In this document: positions 53,706 to 62,190 of the stretch, one piece after another
Layout of the letters: each line of letters opens with the position of its first letter
How positions within the stretch are numbered: the first letter of the stretch is position 1
NCBI GenBank assembly: GCA_020632665.1
Contig: JACKFC010000015.1
Coordinates: forward strand, 21,734 to 85,733
DNA: 64,000 nt
Source of the DNA: Deltaproteobacteria bacterium
Lineage (GTDB): Bacteria > Myxococcota_A > UBA9042
Reading direction: 5' to 3'
The notes under the pieces: model-generated
What the model was told of the DNA's origin: nothing
Database searches by the model: none
The model's input: the letters and a program-made list of their open reading frames with translations, nothing else
Translations under genes and position numbers: made by a program

Positions 53706-54404
53706 TTCGAGCGCTGCGCCGAGTTGCGGGCCGAGGTCGTTGGTCGCCATCGGGAACATGAACGAAGCGAGCGGCATGCCGTCTGGGTCGCCGCTCTGCT
53801 CCTGCCAATCCGAGAGGGCGTCGTCGTCGGCGAAGAGCGCGCCGGCCGAGATCGCGGCGCCCGGCGCCATGGCGCCGTCCCATCGCGGCAAGAACATGGC
53901 CACCGTCTCGGGGGATCGGGTGTGGATGCCGGTCTCGTCGCAGTCGAGGCGAAAGGCGTCGCCGCCGCCGCCGGCACAGACGCCGACGATTCGCCCTGGG
54001 CGGCCCAAGCCACGCGGCACGGCGAGCGCGGCGATCGGCCCGATCAGATGGACGTTGCCACCTTCGGCGATCTCGTAGCGCAACGTGCCGGCACGTGTCG
54101 TGAAGGTCCCGGCGAATTCGAGGACCTTGCCGTCGTCGACGACGATCAGCCCGAGTCCGGCCAACGCCGGGACCGAGGCGTGGATCTCTGCCGCCGCGAC
54201 GCCGCCGTGTTCGGCCGCCAGATCGATCAAGCTGTCGAGGGACGGGAGCCAGCCGCGCGTCACCAGGGACGACGCGGCCTGACTCAGCAGGATTCGACCC
54301 GGCTCGGGCGCCTCGCGCGCCGCCTGCAACAGCCAAGCGACGGGTTCGAGCCCCGGGGAAGCGGCGTCGATCGCCGCGCGAAAGCCGGTCGGGTCGAAGG
54401 ACAC
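53673..54404 (-). CDS. Hypothetical protein (243 aa)
   Basis: ATG ORF with high GC3. No motif confidently recognised. Confidence 0.55.
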   Translation of the reverse strand: MSFDPTGFRAAIDAASPGLEPVAWLLQAAREAPEPGRILLSQAASSLVTRGWLPSLDSLIDLAAEHGGVAAAEIHASVPALAGLGLIVVDDGKVLEFAGTFTTRAGTLRYEIAEGGNVHLIGPIAALAVPRGLGRPGRIVGVCAGGGGDAFRLDCDETGIHTRSPETVAMFLPRWDGAMAPGAAISAGALFADDDALSDWQEQSGDPDGMPLASFMFPMATNDLGPQLGAALESLLDRLANFA

Positions 54405-54413
54405 GCCGGGAGG

Positions 54414-54671
54414 CTAGCCTTGGGTCTGGGCCTTGTGCAGGGCCTTGGCCAGACGGCTGACGATGCGGCTGGCGCGCTTCTTCGGGATGATGCCCTTGGC
54501 GCCGGCACCGGCGATCGACTCCATCGTGCCGGCGAGATCGGCGGAGCCGTCCTCGAGACCGGTGCGGAACGTCTTGACGGTGGTGCGGACGACAGCACGG
54601 CCGGCGCGGTTGCGCAGGCGACGCTTCTCGTTCTGGCGGGCGCGCTTCAGCGCAGACTTGTGGTTCGCCAC
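54414..54671 (-). CDS. rpsT: 30S ribosomal protein S20
   Basis: MANHKSALKRARQNEKRRLRNRA... Confidence 0.95.
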   Translation of the reverse strand: MANHKSALKRARQNEKRRLRNRAGRAVVRTTVKTFRTGLEDGSADLAGTMESIAGAGAKGIIPKKRASRIVSRLAKALHKAQTQG

Positions 54672-54827
54672 GTTCTCTCTCCAGCGCCACCGCTTCGCGT
54701 GTGGCAGGGCCGCTCTGGCGGCCGGATGACTCGTCGCGCGCGGGCCGAAGCCGCATGCGGGGCGGCGTAGATACCCGCGGCGAAGCGTTGCGTCAAGGAC
54801 GAAAACACACAGTCCGGACGGCTCCGC

Positions 54828-55454
54828 TCAGGGGGCCGCGTCCAGGGCCGTGCGCGTGCCGTCGGCGCCATAGCGGGTGCCGCCCGCCGAGCTCGCCCGC
54901 TCGGGCAGAACGCAGCGCGCTGCGTCGCAAACCAGATCGGCTGGGCAAGCCTCCGCACCGGCACAGGCCAGGGCCAAGCAGGCGCCATCCTGGCAGCGTG
55001 CCGAATCGCAGAGCGCGACGTCGCCCGCGGCGCAGGTGGTGCCGAGCCCCTCGGTGATGCGGATGCTGGAGCTGACTTCGCTGCTGCGGCCGAGATCGTC
55101 GACCACCCGCAGCTGCACGGCGAAGGTCCCCGGCGAGGAGAAGGTGTGGCGGAGCGAAGGCGCAGCGGTCGACTGCAGCGGGCTGCCGTCGGCGACGGTG
55201 AAGTCGAAGCGGACGATCTGGGTCCCGGGCGTCGGCGCGTCACCGGCAGCGGCGACCGCCGTATTCGCGGCCGAGAAGAAGACTTCGCTGCCCGCGACCG
55301 CGATCTCGGCGTGCTGCAGACCGGCGACCGGCGCGGGCGGCGTCGGCGTCGACTCGGTGCCGCAGCCGAGCGCGACGAGCGGCACGGTCCACGCGGCGAG
55401 CGCGGCGCGCAGCGTCTCTCCCCCCCTGCGTTCGTTCGGCTTTCGCGCGGCCAT
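54828..55454 (-). CDS. Lipoprotein with a PKD-like Ig domain and a Cys-rich tail
   Basis: Lipobox LVALGC. FDFTVADGS...HTFSSPGTFAVQLRVVDDLG. Confidence 0.65.
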   Translation of the reverse strand: MAARKPNERRGGETLRAALAAWTVPLVALGCGTESTPTPPAPVAGLQHAEIAVAGSEVFFSAANTAVAAAGDAPTPGTQIVRFDFTVADGSPLQSTAAPSLRHTFSSPGTFAVQLRVVDDLGRSSEVSSSIRITEGLGTTCAAGDVALCDSARCQDGACLALACAGAEACPADLVCDAARCVLPERASSAGGTRYGADGTRTALDAAP

Positions 55455-55528
55455 CGCCTGCTCCTCGATCGGCGGTTGTGCGGAGTGTCCGAGCCCGCCG
55501 CGGCGGCGTCAACTTCGCGGCGCTCGGC

Positions 55529-56887
55529 TCAGCTGACGACGTGCCCGACCAGATCGTAGTCGTGCGATTCGGTGATCTCGACCATGCGGATCTGGCCGCG
55601 GCCGATATCGTCCGGTGCGTCGTTGATGTAGACGACGCCGTCGATCTCGGGCGCCTGTCCGGCGTGGCGGCCCTCGAGCAGCAGATCCGTCTCTTCCGAG
55701 AGGCCGTGGACCAGCACCGGGAGGGTCTGCCCGACGCGATCGGCGTTGCGGGCGCGGGCGATCTTGCGTTGCACGTCGAGCAGCGTCTTCTGCCGGTAGT
55801 CCTTGACCGGATCCGGCACCTGATCGGCCTGACGTGCGCTCGCGGTGCCCTCTTCCTGGCTGTAGGCGAAGGCGCCCATATGGTCGAAGCGCCAGCGCTC
55901 GACAAAGCGGACCAGGTCGAGGAAATCGTCCTCGGTCTCGCCCGGATGGCCGACCAGCAGCGTGGTGCGCAGCGTGATGTCGGGCATCGCGACGCGCAGG
56001 GCGTCGAGCAGCGTCTCCATCTCCAGCCGCGAGGTCCGCCGGTTCATCCGCTCGAGCACGCGATCGCTGCAGTGCTGCAGCGGCATGTCGACGTAGTTGC
56101 AGCAGTTGTCGGTCTCGGCCATCGCCGCGATCAGCTCCGGCGTGAAATTGTGCGGGTAGGCGTACATCAGCCGCACCCAACCCAGGCCGTCGACCTTGCC
56201 GAGCTCACGGACCAAGCGCGCGAGGGCCTGCGGCTCGGCGATATCCTCGCCGTAGTGGGTCAGATCCTGCGCGACGAGGCAGATCTCGACCGTGCCTTGC
56301 TCGACCAAGTGACGCGCTTCGGCGACGCAATCCTCGACCGTGCGGGAGCGCTGCCGGCCGCGCAGCTTCGGGATGATGCAGAACGAGCAGCCCTGCGAGC
56401 AGCCCTCGGCGATCTTCAGGTAGTTCGAGAACGAGCCCTGCTGCACCCAGCGCGGCTCGAGGTGGTCGGCGATGAACTCGGGCCGGCCCTTCTTGTCGCC
56501 GCGGGCGAAGGCGTGGCCGGGCTGCGACTCGAGCGAGAGGACCTCGAGCAGCCGCTGGTACTCGCCGGTGCCGATGAAGAAGTCGACCTCGGGCATCTCG
56601 GCGCGCAGCTCCGGCGCGTGGCGCTGGCTCAGGCAGCCGGCGACGACCAGGCGCGCCGAGGGGTTGCGCTCCTTGACCTCGGCGAGCTCGAGGATCGCGT
56701 CGACGCTCTCGACCTTGCTCTCCTCGATGAAGGCGCAGGTGTTGACGAGCAGGACGTCGGCCGCGTCGGGATCGGCCACCATCGAGAGCCCGGCCGAAGC
56801 CAATCCGCCGACCATCAGCTCGGTGTCGACGCGGTTCTTCGGGCAGCCGAGGCTGACGACGTGGACGGTGCGTGGGGGTTGCATCAC
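55529..56887 (-). CDS. rimO: Ribosomal protein S12 methylthiotransferase RimO (radical SAM, MiaB family)
   Basis: VSLGCPKNRVD, CSQGCSFC radical-SAM cluster, C-terminal TRAM-like domain. Confidence 0.85.
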   Translation of the reverse strand: MMQPPRTVHVVSLGCPKNRVDTELMVGGLASAGLSMVADPDAADVLLVNTCAFIEESKVESVDAILELAEVKERNPSARLVVAGCLSQRHAPELRAEMPEVDFFIGTGEYQRLLEVLSLESQPGHAFARGDKKGRPEFIADHLEPRWVQQGSFSNYLKIAEGCSQGCSFCIIPKLRGRQRSRTVEDCVAEARHLVEQGTVEICLVAQDLTHYGEDIAEPQALARLVRELGKVDGLGWVRLMYAYPHNFTPELIAAMAETDNCCNYVDMPLQHCSDRVLERMNRRTSRLEMETLLDALRVAMPDITLRTTLLVGHPGETEDDFLDLVRFVERWRFDHMGAFAYSQEEGTASARQADQVPDPVKDYRQKTLLDVQRKIARARNADRVGQTLPVLVHGLSEETDLLLEGRHAGQAPEIDGVVYINDAPDDIGRGQIRMVEITESHDYDLVGHVVS

Positions 56888-56920
56888 GGGCTCACGGGCC
56901 GGCCGGACAGCGCCGGCGGG

Positions 56921-58936
56921 CTAGAAGTCGATCGAGCTCTCGCCGGCGCGCTCGAAGATCAGATCGAGGTCGGCAGAATCGACGGTGAAGCTGCCGTCGC
57001 CGTCGAAGAGCTCGTCCCAGAGGGTGTTCGGGAAGAAGCTCTTCTTCCAGACGATGGTCCGGCGCTGGCGGAAGGCGCTCTCGATCAGGTCGACGCCGTC
57101 GACCATGCCGTCGAGGCTGACGTCGGCGCCGTCGAGGATGCGGAAGCGGCGGAGCAGGTGCCGGCTCACGTCGGGGCGGACGATGAGCGGCCGCGCCGTG
57201 GTCTCGAAGCTGACCACGCTGACCCAGCCGGTGTCGGGCGACAGGACGTCGACCGAGCGGGTCTCGACCTCGCCGCCGGCGTAGGTGATGCGCAGCGGCA
57301 GCTTGAAGCGCAGCGGCTTGGCGCCGAGCTGGGCCATCCGCAGTCGAACCTCGTAGCCGCCGCCTTCCTTTTCGACGACGCGCGCCGCGAATTCGACGTC
57401 GATCCGGCCCTTGCTGCCCCACCATTGGTCGAAGAACCAGCCGAGGTCGCGCCCCGACGACTTCTCCATCGCAGCGCGCAGATCGGCGACCTTGGCGTAG
57501 TCGCGATCGAAGGCCTTGGCGTAGATGGCGAGGCCCTCGAGCATCGTCTCTTCGCCGAGCTCGTAGCGCAGCATGTCCAGCACCACGGCACCCTTGTGGT
57601 AGACGATCGGCACGTACGCGGGCGAGGTATAGACGGTGGCCGAGCCGAGCGGGCGATCGTCGTTCTCGCCGACGGTATAGACGTAGCTGAGGTTGTCCTC
57701 GATCAGCTGGCTGCGGCTCTCGAGCGTCTTCTCGGTGTAGAGGCAGCTCGAGAATTCCGCGAGCGACTCGGAGAGGCTGACATCGGCCGTGCCCATCGGC
57801 CGCGCGAGGTTGCCCCACCATTGGTGCGCGATCTCGTGTGCCGTCAGCTCGTTCCAGCTGGTCCAGCCCTGGGCGCCGGCCTGCGCGCCGAAGACGTTGC
57901 GCAGCATGAAGATGCCGGCGAGCGGGGCGTAGCCGCCGCCGAAGTTGTTCGCGACCTGGATCAGCGAGAGCCCGCTCCACGGGAAGGGCACGAAGCGCTC
58001 ACCATAGAACGCCAGGATATCCTTTGCCGAGGCGAGCAGGCCGGTGGCAGCGCCCTTGTAGTCCTCCAGGGTCACGAGGCGCAGCCAGGGCTCGCCGGGC
58101 TTGTTCTGCCCCGGATCGGTGCCGGTGAAGGCGTAGGCGGCGATCGAGAAGCCGCCGTTCTCGGTCCGCTCGTTCTGCACGAAGGTCCAGCGCAGGCGCC
58201 CGTCCGGCTCCCACGTGAAGCCCTTGGGCTCGCCCGGAGCGGCCGCGGCGCGATCGGCCGGCGTCAGCACGTGCAGCGTCGAGGTATGCGGCGCGTGCAG
58301 GGCCTTGGCGTGGTCGGCGAAGACGCGGAAGAAGAGGACCTGCGAGAATTGATCGTCGAAGGTGCAGGTCCGCAGCAGCGTCGTCTTGGCGTTGCAGTCC
58401 AGGGTCGCGCCGTAGCGAATGGCGATCTTGCGGCTCTCACCGGGCTGCAGCGGCGGATCGAGCGTGACGTCGACGACGGTGATCTGGCCAAAGGGCGTAT
58501 CGCTGCTCCAGGTGACCGTCGCGCCGTCCGCCAAGTGGACCGCCTCGATCGTGACGATGGGCAGCCGCAGGGCCACGCTGCCGGTGGCCTCGATCGCCTC
58601 CACCGTCACGGTCAATTCGACCGCGAGCCCGGGCACCGTCGGGTCGACGTCGACGGTCGCCTCTTGGTGACCGAGGCGCCAGCCCTGCTCGAGCAGCGCG
58701 CCGAACGAGGCGGAGACCGCCCCCCAGCCGAGCGCCGCGTTGGGATCGGGCAGTGGCTGCTCGCCGCGGGCGTCCGCCTCGTGCTGGTGATGCTGGGCGC
58801 GCGTCGCGAACGCCGAGCCGGGCAGCGGCGGCAAATCGAGGACGGGCAGCGGACCGGGCACGCTCGGCGCGGCGGCGGCGGGCGCGACCAGCAGCGCGAG
58901 GAGGGCGCAAACCAGGAGCGAGAGGGCGGCCTTCAT
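56921..58936 (-). CDS. Secreted M1-family zinc aminopeptidase
   Basis: Signal peptide from the ATG at 58936. HEIAHQWWGN ... E (gluzincin). Confidence 0.85.
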   Translation of the reverse strand: MKAALSLLVCALLALLVAPAAAAPSVPGPLPVLDLPPLPGSAFATRAQHHQHEADARGEQPLPDPNAALGWGAVSASFGALLEQGWRLGHQEATVDVDPTVPGLAVELTVTVEAIEATGSVALRLPIVTIEAVHLADGATVTWSSDTPFGQITVVDVTLDPPLQPGESRKIAIRYGATLDCNAKTTLLRTCTFDDQFSQVLFFRVFADHAKALHAPHTSTLHVLTPADRAAAAPGEPKGFTWEPDGRLRWTFVQNERTENGGFSIAAYAFTGTDPGQNKPGEPWLRLVTLEDYKGAATGLLASAKDILAFYGERFVPFPWSGLSLIQVANNFGGGYAPLAGIFMLRNVFGAQAGAQGWTSWNELTAHEIAHQWWGNLARPMGTADVSLSESLAEFSSCLYTEKTLESRSQLIEDNLSYVYTVGENDDRPLGSATVYTSPAYVPIVYHKGAVVLDMLRYELGEETMLEGLAIYAKAFDRDYAKVADLRAAMEKSSGRDLGWFFDQWWGSKGRIDVEFAARVVEKEGGGYEVRLRMAQLGAKPLRFKLPLRITYAGGEVETRSVDVLSPDTGWVSVVSFETTARPLIVRPDVSRHLLRRFRILDGADVSLDGMVDGVDLIESAFRQRRTIVWKKSFFPNTLWDELFDGDGSFTVDSADLDLIFERAGESSIDF

Positions 58937-59589
58937 CGCGCACCTCCCGCGGCCGGACGAACCTCGAGGGCGGCCCAATCGAGCGCAAGCACCGTGTAGT
59001 CGGCCGAGCGGGCGAGCGTCCGCGCGGGATCGAAGGCGAGCGTCGTCGGCAGCGCACCGATCACGCGGAAGCGCAACGTCGCCCAGACCTGCTTGCCGAC
59101 CTTCGCTCCCTCGAGCGGCGAATAGGGGCTGCCCCCTTCGCGGACGCGGGCGGCGCCGAGCAGGACGCGATCCTTGCCCGCGTGGACCAAGGCGCGCGGC
59201 GCCCAGCCGTCCCCGGCCAAGACGGCGTGCTCCTTCGTGTCGATCAGCTCGAGCGCCGCGGGATCGAAGCGCAGGTGGCTCGCCGCGCCGAAGAGATCCG
59301 GGATGTCCAGGAGCAGCACCCGCACCTCGACTTCGACCGCGGCGTCGGCCTCGAAGACGGTGGCTTCCAGCCCGACCCGTGGGCCGCTGGCTGCGCCGGT
59401 GACGATAGCCGTCGTCGACGCCGCGCCGGCGCCGTCGACCGTGCCCGCGTCGGCGCCGACGTCGAGCGAGGCCGTGGCGTCGTCGTCGCCGGCTGGGGCG
59501 GCGTCACGGCAGCTCGTCAGCAGCAGGGCCGCTCCGAGCGCGATCACTGCGATCAGGGGCGTGGCGGTGGGTCGAGCGTGGCGAACCAT
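58933..59589 (-). CDS. Lipoprotein with a cohesin-like beta domain
   Basis: ATG at 59589. Lipobox ALLLTSC. ...HLRFDPAALELID... Confidence 0.6.
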   Translation of the reverse strand: MVRHARPTATPLIAVIALGAALLLTSCRDAAPAGDDDATASLDVGADAGTVDGAGAASTTAIVTGAASGPRVGLEATVFEADAAVEVEVRVLLLDIPDLFGAASHLRFDPAALELIDTKEHAVLAGDGWAPRALVHAGKDRVLLGAARVREGGSPYSPLEGAKVGKQVWATLRFRVIGALPTTLAFDPARTLARSADYTVLALDWAALEVRPAAGGAR

Positions 59590-59761
59590 GGCGATGCTGC
59601 CTCCTCTGGCTGCGAATCGGCGGCCCTTCGGGCCGGAGCGGCGCGGACCGTACACGCGCCTTCGACGAGCGGCCAGCGAAAATCTCAGGACCGTTGATCT
59701 TCCGTGGGGGTGTCGGCAACCCAATGGTACGATGCGCGTCTACGCGTAGACGGAGGCGAGA

Positions 59762-60385
59762 ATGGCGAGCCTGCAAGTCAGCGACGAACGAGCAAGAGAG
59801 GACGCGATCGACGAACGGCTCGTCGCGTCCTTTCAGCGGGGCAACTCGCACGCGCTCAGTGAGCTCTACCGCCGGCACGGCCGACGGGTCGAGTCGGTGG
59901 CCCGCAACGTCATCGGCCCGAGCGACGAGCTCGAGGACGTGGTGCAGGACGTCTTCATCGAGCTGCACCGCTCGCTGCACCGCTTCCGCGGCGACGCCCG
60001 CTTCACGACCTGGCTGCACCGGGTGACGGTCAACGTCGCGCTGCAGCACCTGCGGCGTGGCAAGCGCAAGGGCTGGCTGCGCTGGCTCGGCCTCGATCAG
60101 ATCACCCAGGGGCAGACCGCGCGCGTGCCGGCCGGCGATCGCCAGGTCGAAGCCCGCGAGACGGTGCGCGCGCTCTACGGCGCGCTCGACCAAGTCAGCG
60201 AAAAGAAGCGCGTGGTCTTCACGCTCTACGAACTCGAGGGGATGTCGCTCGAAGACATCGCCGCAACCGTCGGCACCTCGATCAACACGGTCAAGAGCCG
60301 CCTGCATCACGCGAGGCGGGAGATCTTCGGCGAGCTGGACAGCAAGGGCCTCTTGCCCACGCACACGCTCTCGGTGGTGAAGTGA
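59762..60385 (+). CDS. ECF-type RNA polymerase sigma factor
   Basis: Region 2 DVVQDVFIELHRSLHRFRGDARFTTWLHRVTVN. Region 4 LEGMSLEDIAATVGTSINTVKSRLHHAR. Confidence 0.9.
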   Translation: MASLQVSDERAREDAIDERLVASFQRGNSHALSELYRRHGRRVESVARNVIGPSDELEDVVQDVFIELHRSLHRFRGDARFTTWLHRVTVNVALQHLRRGKRKGWLRWLGLDQITQGQTARVPAGDRQVEARETVRALYGALDQVSEKKRVVFTLYELEGMSLEDIAATVGTSINTVKSRLHHARREIFGELDSKGLLPTHTLSVVK

Positions 60386-61641
60386 TGATGACGCACGACG
60401 AAACGATGGGCGTCTGCCTGGACGAAGAGCTCCTCTTCGCGCTCGGCGACGAGCGGAGCGACCTCGACCCGGCCGTCCGTGAGGCAGCAACCGAGCATGC
60501 CGCGCGGTGCGCACATTGCGCTGCGCAGATGCAGGAGCAGCGGCGGTTCCGCACCCTGCTGCTGCGGGCCCGGGTGCCCGGGCTCGGCGCCGAGCAATGG
60601 CGTGCCCTGGACCAGCGCATCGGCATGTTGGGGACCGAGCCGCAGCCGCGGCGGGTCTCGATCGGCGCGCGGACGTATTGGGGCCTGACCCTCGCCGCCG
60701 CCGCGGTGGCTGTGGTGGTCGGGGTCGGTCGCTTCCTCGATCAGCAGGCTGCAGAGGCGAGCGCGGCCTCGGTTGCATCGACTGCGCCGGATCGTGCGGT
60801 GGCGGTCACGCCGACAGGCGCGATCGCGCCGGCGCTCGGGGTGGTGCGGGTGGACGGCACGGTCGCGGTGATCGACGGCGCCGGTCTGGAGGCCGGTGCC
60901 TTGCAGCCGGGCGCGAACCTGGCGGTGGGGTCGACCTTGCGCGCCGATGCGCCGGCACGGATCGCGCTGGCCGGGACGGCGGTGCTGGACCTCGCGGCCG
61001 GCACCGAAGTCCGTGTCGACGCGGCGAATACACGCGACTTCTTCGTCCGCATTCGACACGGCGAGGTTGGGCTGCAGGTCGACAAGCGTGCGCCGGAGCA
61101 GCGCTTCGCCGTGCTGGCCGGCTCGTACCGCGCCGCGGTGGTCGGTACGCAGTTCCGGGTGCGGCTCGGCGAGGACGCCAGCGTCGAGGTCGAGGTCCGT
61201 GAGGGCGCCGTGCGGGTGGACGAGGCAGCACAGGGCGATTCGGTGCGGGCCGAGACGACCGTGGTCGTCCGCGCCGGCCGACGCTGGCAGGCGCGTGGCG
61301 GCCAGATCTTGGTCGGCCCGATCCCGTCTGCCGACGCACCCACGGCGATTCCGGGGTCCGCTGCGAACCACGTGCAGGCCGAGTCGAGCGATCCGGAGGC
61401 AGGCGATGGCGAAGAGACGCCGAACCGGGCGAGCCAGCGTTCTGCCGGCGAGCGACGCGCCGTCATGGGCGCGCGCGCCATCGGTGGTGTGCACAGCGAC
61501 GGGACGGTCTTCGCGGCCGACGGCCTGCCGATGGCACCGACGCCCGCGCCGGCGCCGAAGCATCGCGTGCTGATCGAGGTTCCGCCGCAGGCCATGACGG
61601 CCGAGGAGATCCGGCGCGCGAAGGCTGCCGAACACCGTTGA
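60382..61641 (+). CDS. Anti-sigma factor (zf-HC2, one TM, FecR-like periplasmic domain)
   Basis: ATGA-type overlap with the sigma gene. H..C..C motif (HAARCAHCAAQ). TM helix YWGLTLAAAAVAVVVGVG. Confidence 0.75.
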   Translation: MMMTHDETMGVCLDEELLFALGDERSDLDPAVREAATEHAARCAHCAAQMQEQRRFRTLLLRARVPGLGAEQWRALDQRIGMLGTEPQPRRVSIGARTYWGLTLAAAAVAVVVGVGRFLDQQAAEASAASVASTAPDRAVAVTPTGAIAPALGVVRVDGTVAVIDGAGLEAGALQPGANLAVGSTLRADAPARIALAGTAVLDLAAGTEVRVDAANTRDFFVRIRHGEVGLQVDKRAPEQRFAVLAGSYRAAVVGTQFRVRLGEDASVEVEVREGAVRVDEAAQGDSVRAETTVVVRAGRRWQARGGQILVGPIPSADAPTAIPGSAANHVQAESSDPEAGDGEETPNRASQRSAGERRAVMGARAIGGVHSDGTVFAADGLPMAPTPAPAPKHRVLIEVPPQAMTAEEIRRAKAAEHR

Positions 61642-61665
61642 TGGCGGACCGCGCAGACCGAGGCT

Positions 61666-62190
61666 TCAGAAGTCGAGGGTGCCGGCGCCGCCGCGATGCC
61701 ACGCGAAGCCGATGCAGAGTTGCAGCGTATCGCCCCCCCGGTTGACGGCGAGGCGCTCCCACGCGACGCGGGCCTGCCACGAGAAAGCGCGGCTGCTGCG
61801 ATAGGCCACGCCGGCGCCCGCGCGCAGCAGCAGCCCGCCACTCCAGACTTCTGGATGGACGCCGTAGCCGGCGCCCAGCTCGAGCCATGGCACCCAGGTC
61901 AGCGCGTCGATCGCGACCCGGACCTCGCCCCGTGCCGCGAGGCGGTGCGGCAGGGTGGCGTCGGTGACGGTGAAGCTGCCGTCGAGGGCAGCGCCGAACG
62001 CGACGAGATCGCTCCACCACCAAGCGGACGAGAGGGCGGCGCCGATCCGGCCCGAGCCGTCGAGCAGCAGCGACCCGGCGAGTTCGCGCTCGCCCGTGCT
62101 GGCCTGTGCGGGGGCGATCGTCATGGCGACGGCCGCGCACACCAGCGCAGCGGCGAGGCGGCGTCGCGTTGCCGGCCGGCTAGGACGCAT
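61666..62190 (-). CDS. Small outer-membrane beta-barrel protein
   Basis: Signal peptide ...AVAMTIAPAQA, alternating beta-strand pattern, C-terminal ...LDF. Confidence 0.6.
   Translation of the reverse strand: MRPSRPATRRRLAAALVCAAVAMTIAPAQASTGERELAGSLLLDGSGRIGAALSSAWWWSDLVAFGAALDGSFTVTDATLPHRLAARGEVRVAIDALTWVPWLELGAGYGVHPEVWSGGLLLRAGAGVAYRSSRAFSWQARVAWERLAVNRGGDTLQLCIGFAWHRGGAGTLDF

Noticed and set aside
53673-54404. Organomercurial lyase (MerB)-like assignment for the 243-aa protein
   Set aside because: I could not align the catalytic Cys/Asp/Cys pattern from memory, so it is left as hypothetical.
55478-58999. 1173-aa plus-strand ORF
   Set aside because: It is antisense to rimO and the M1 aminopeptidase, both recognisable by motifs.
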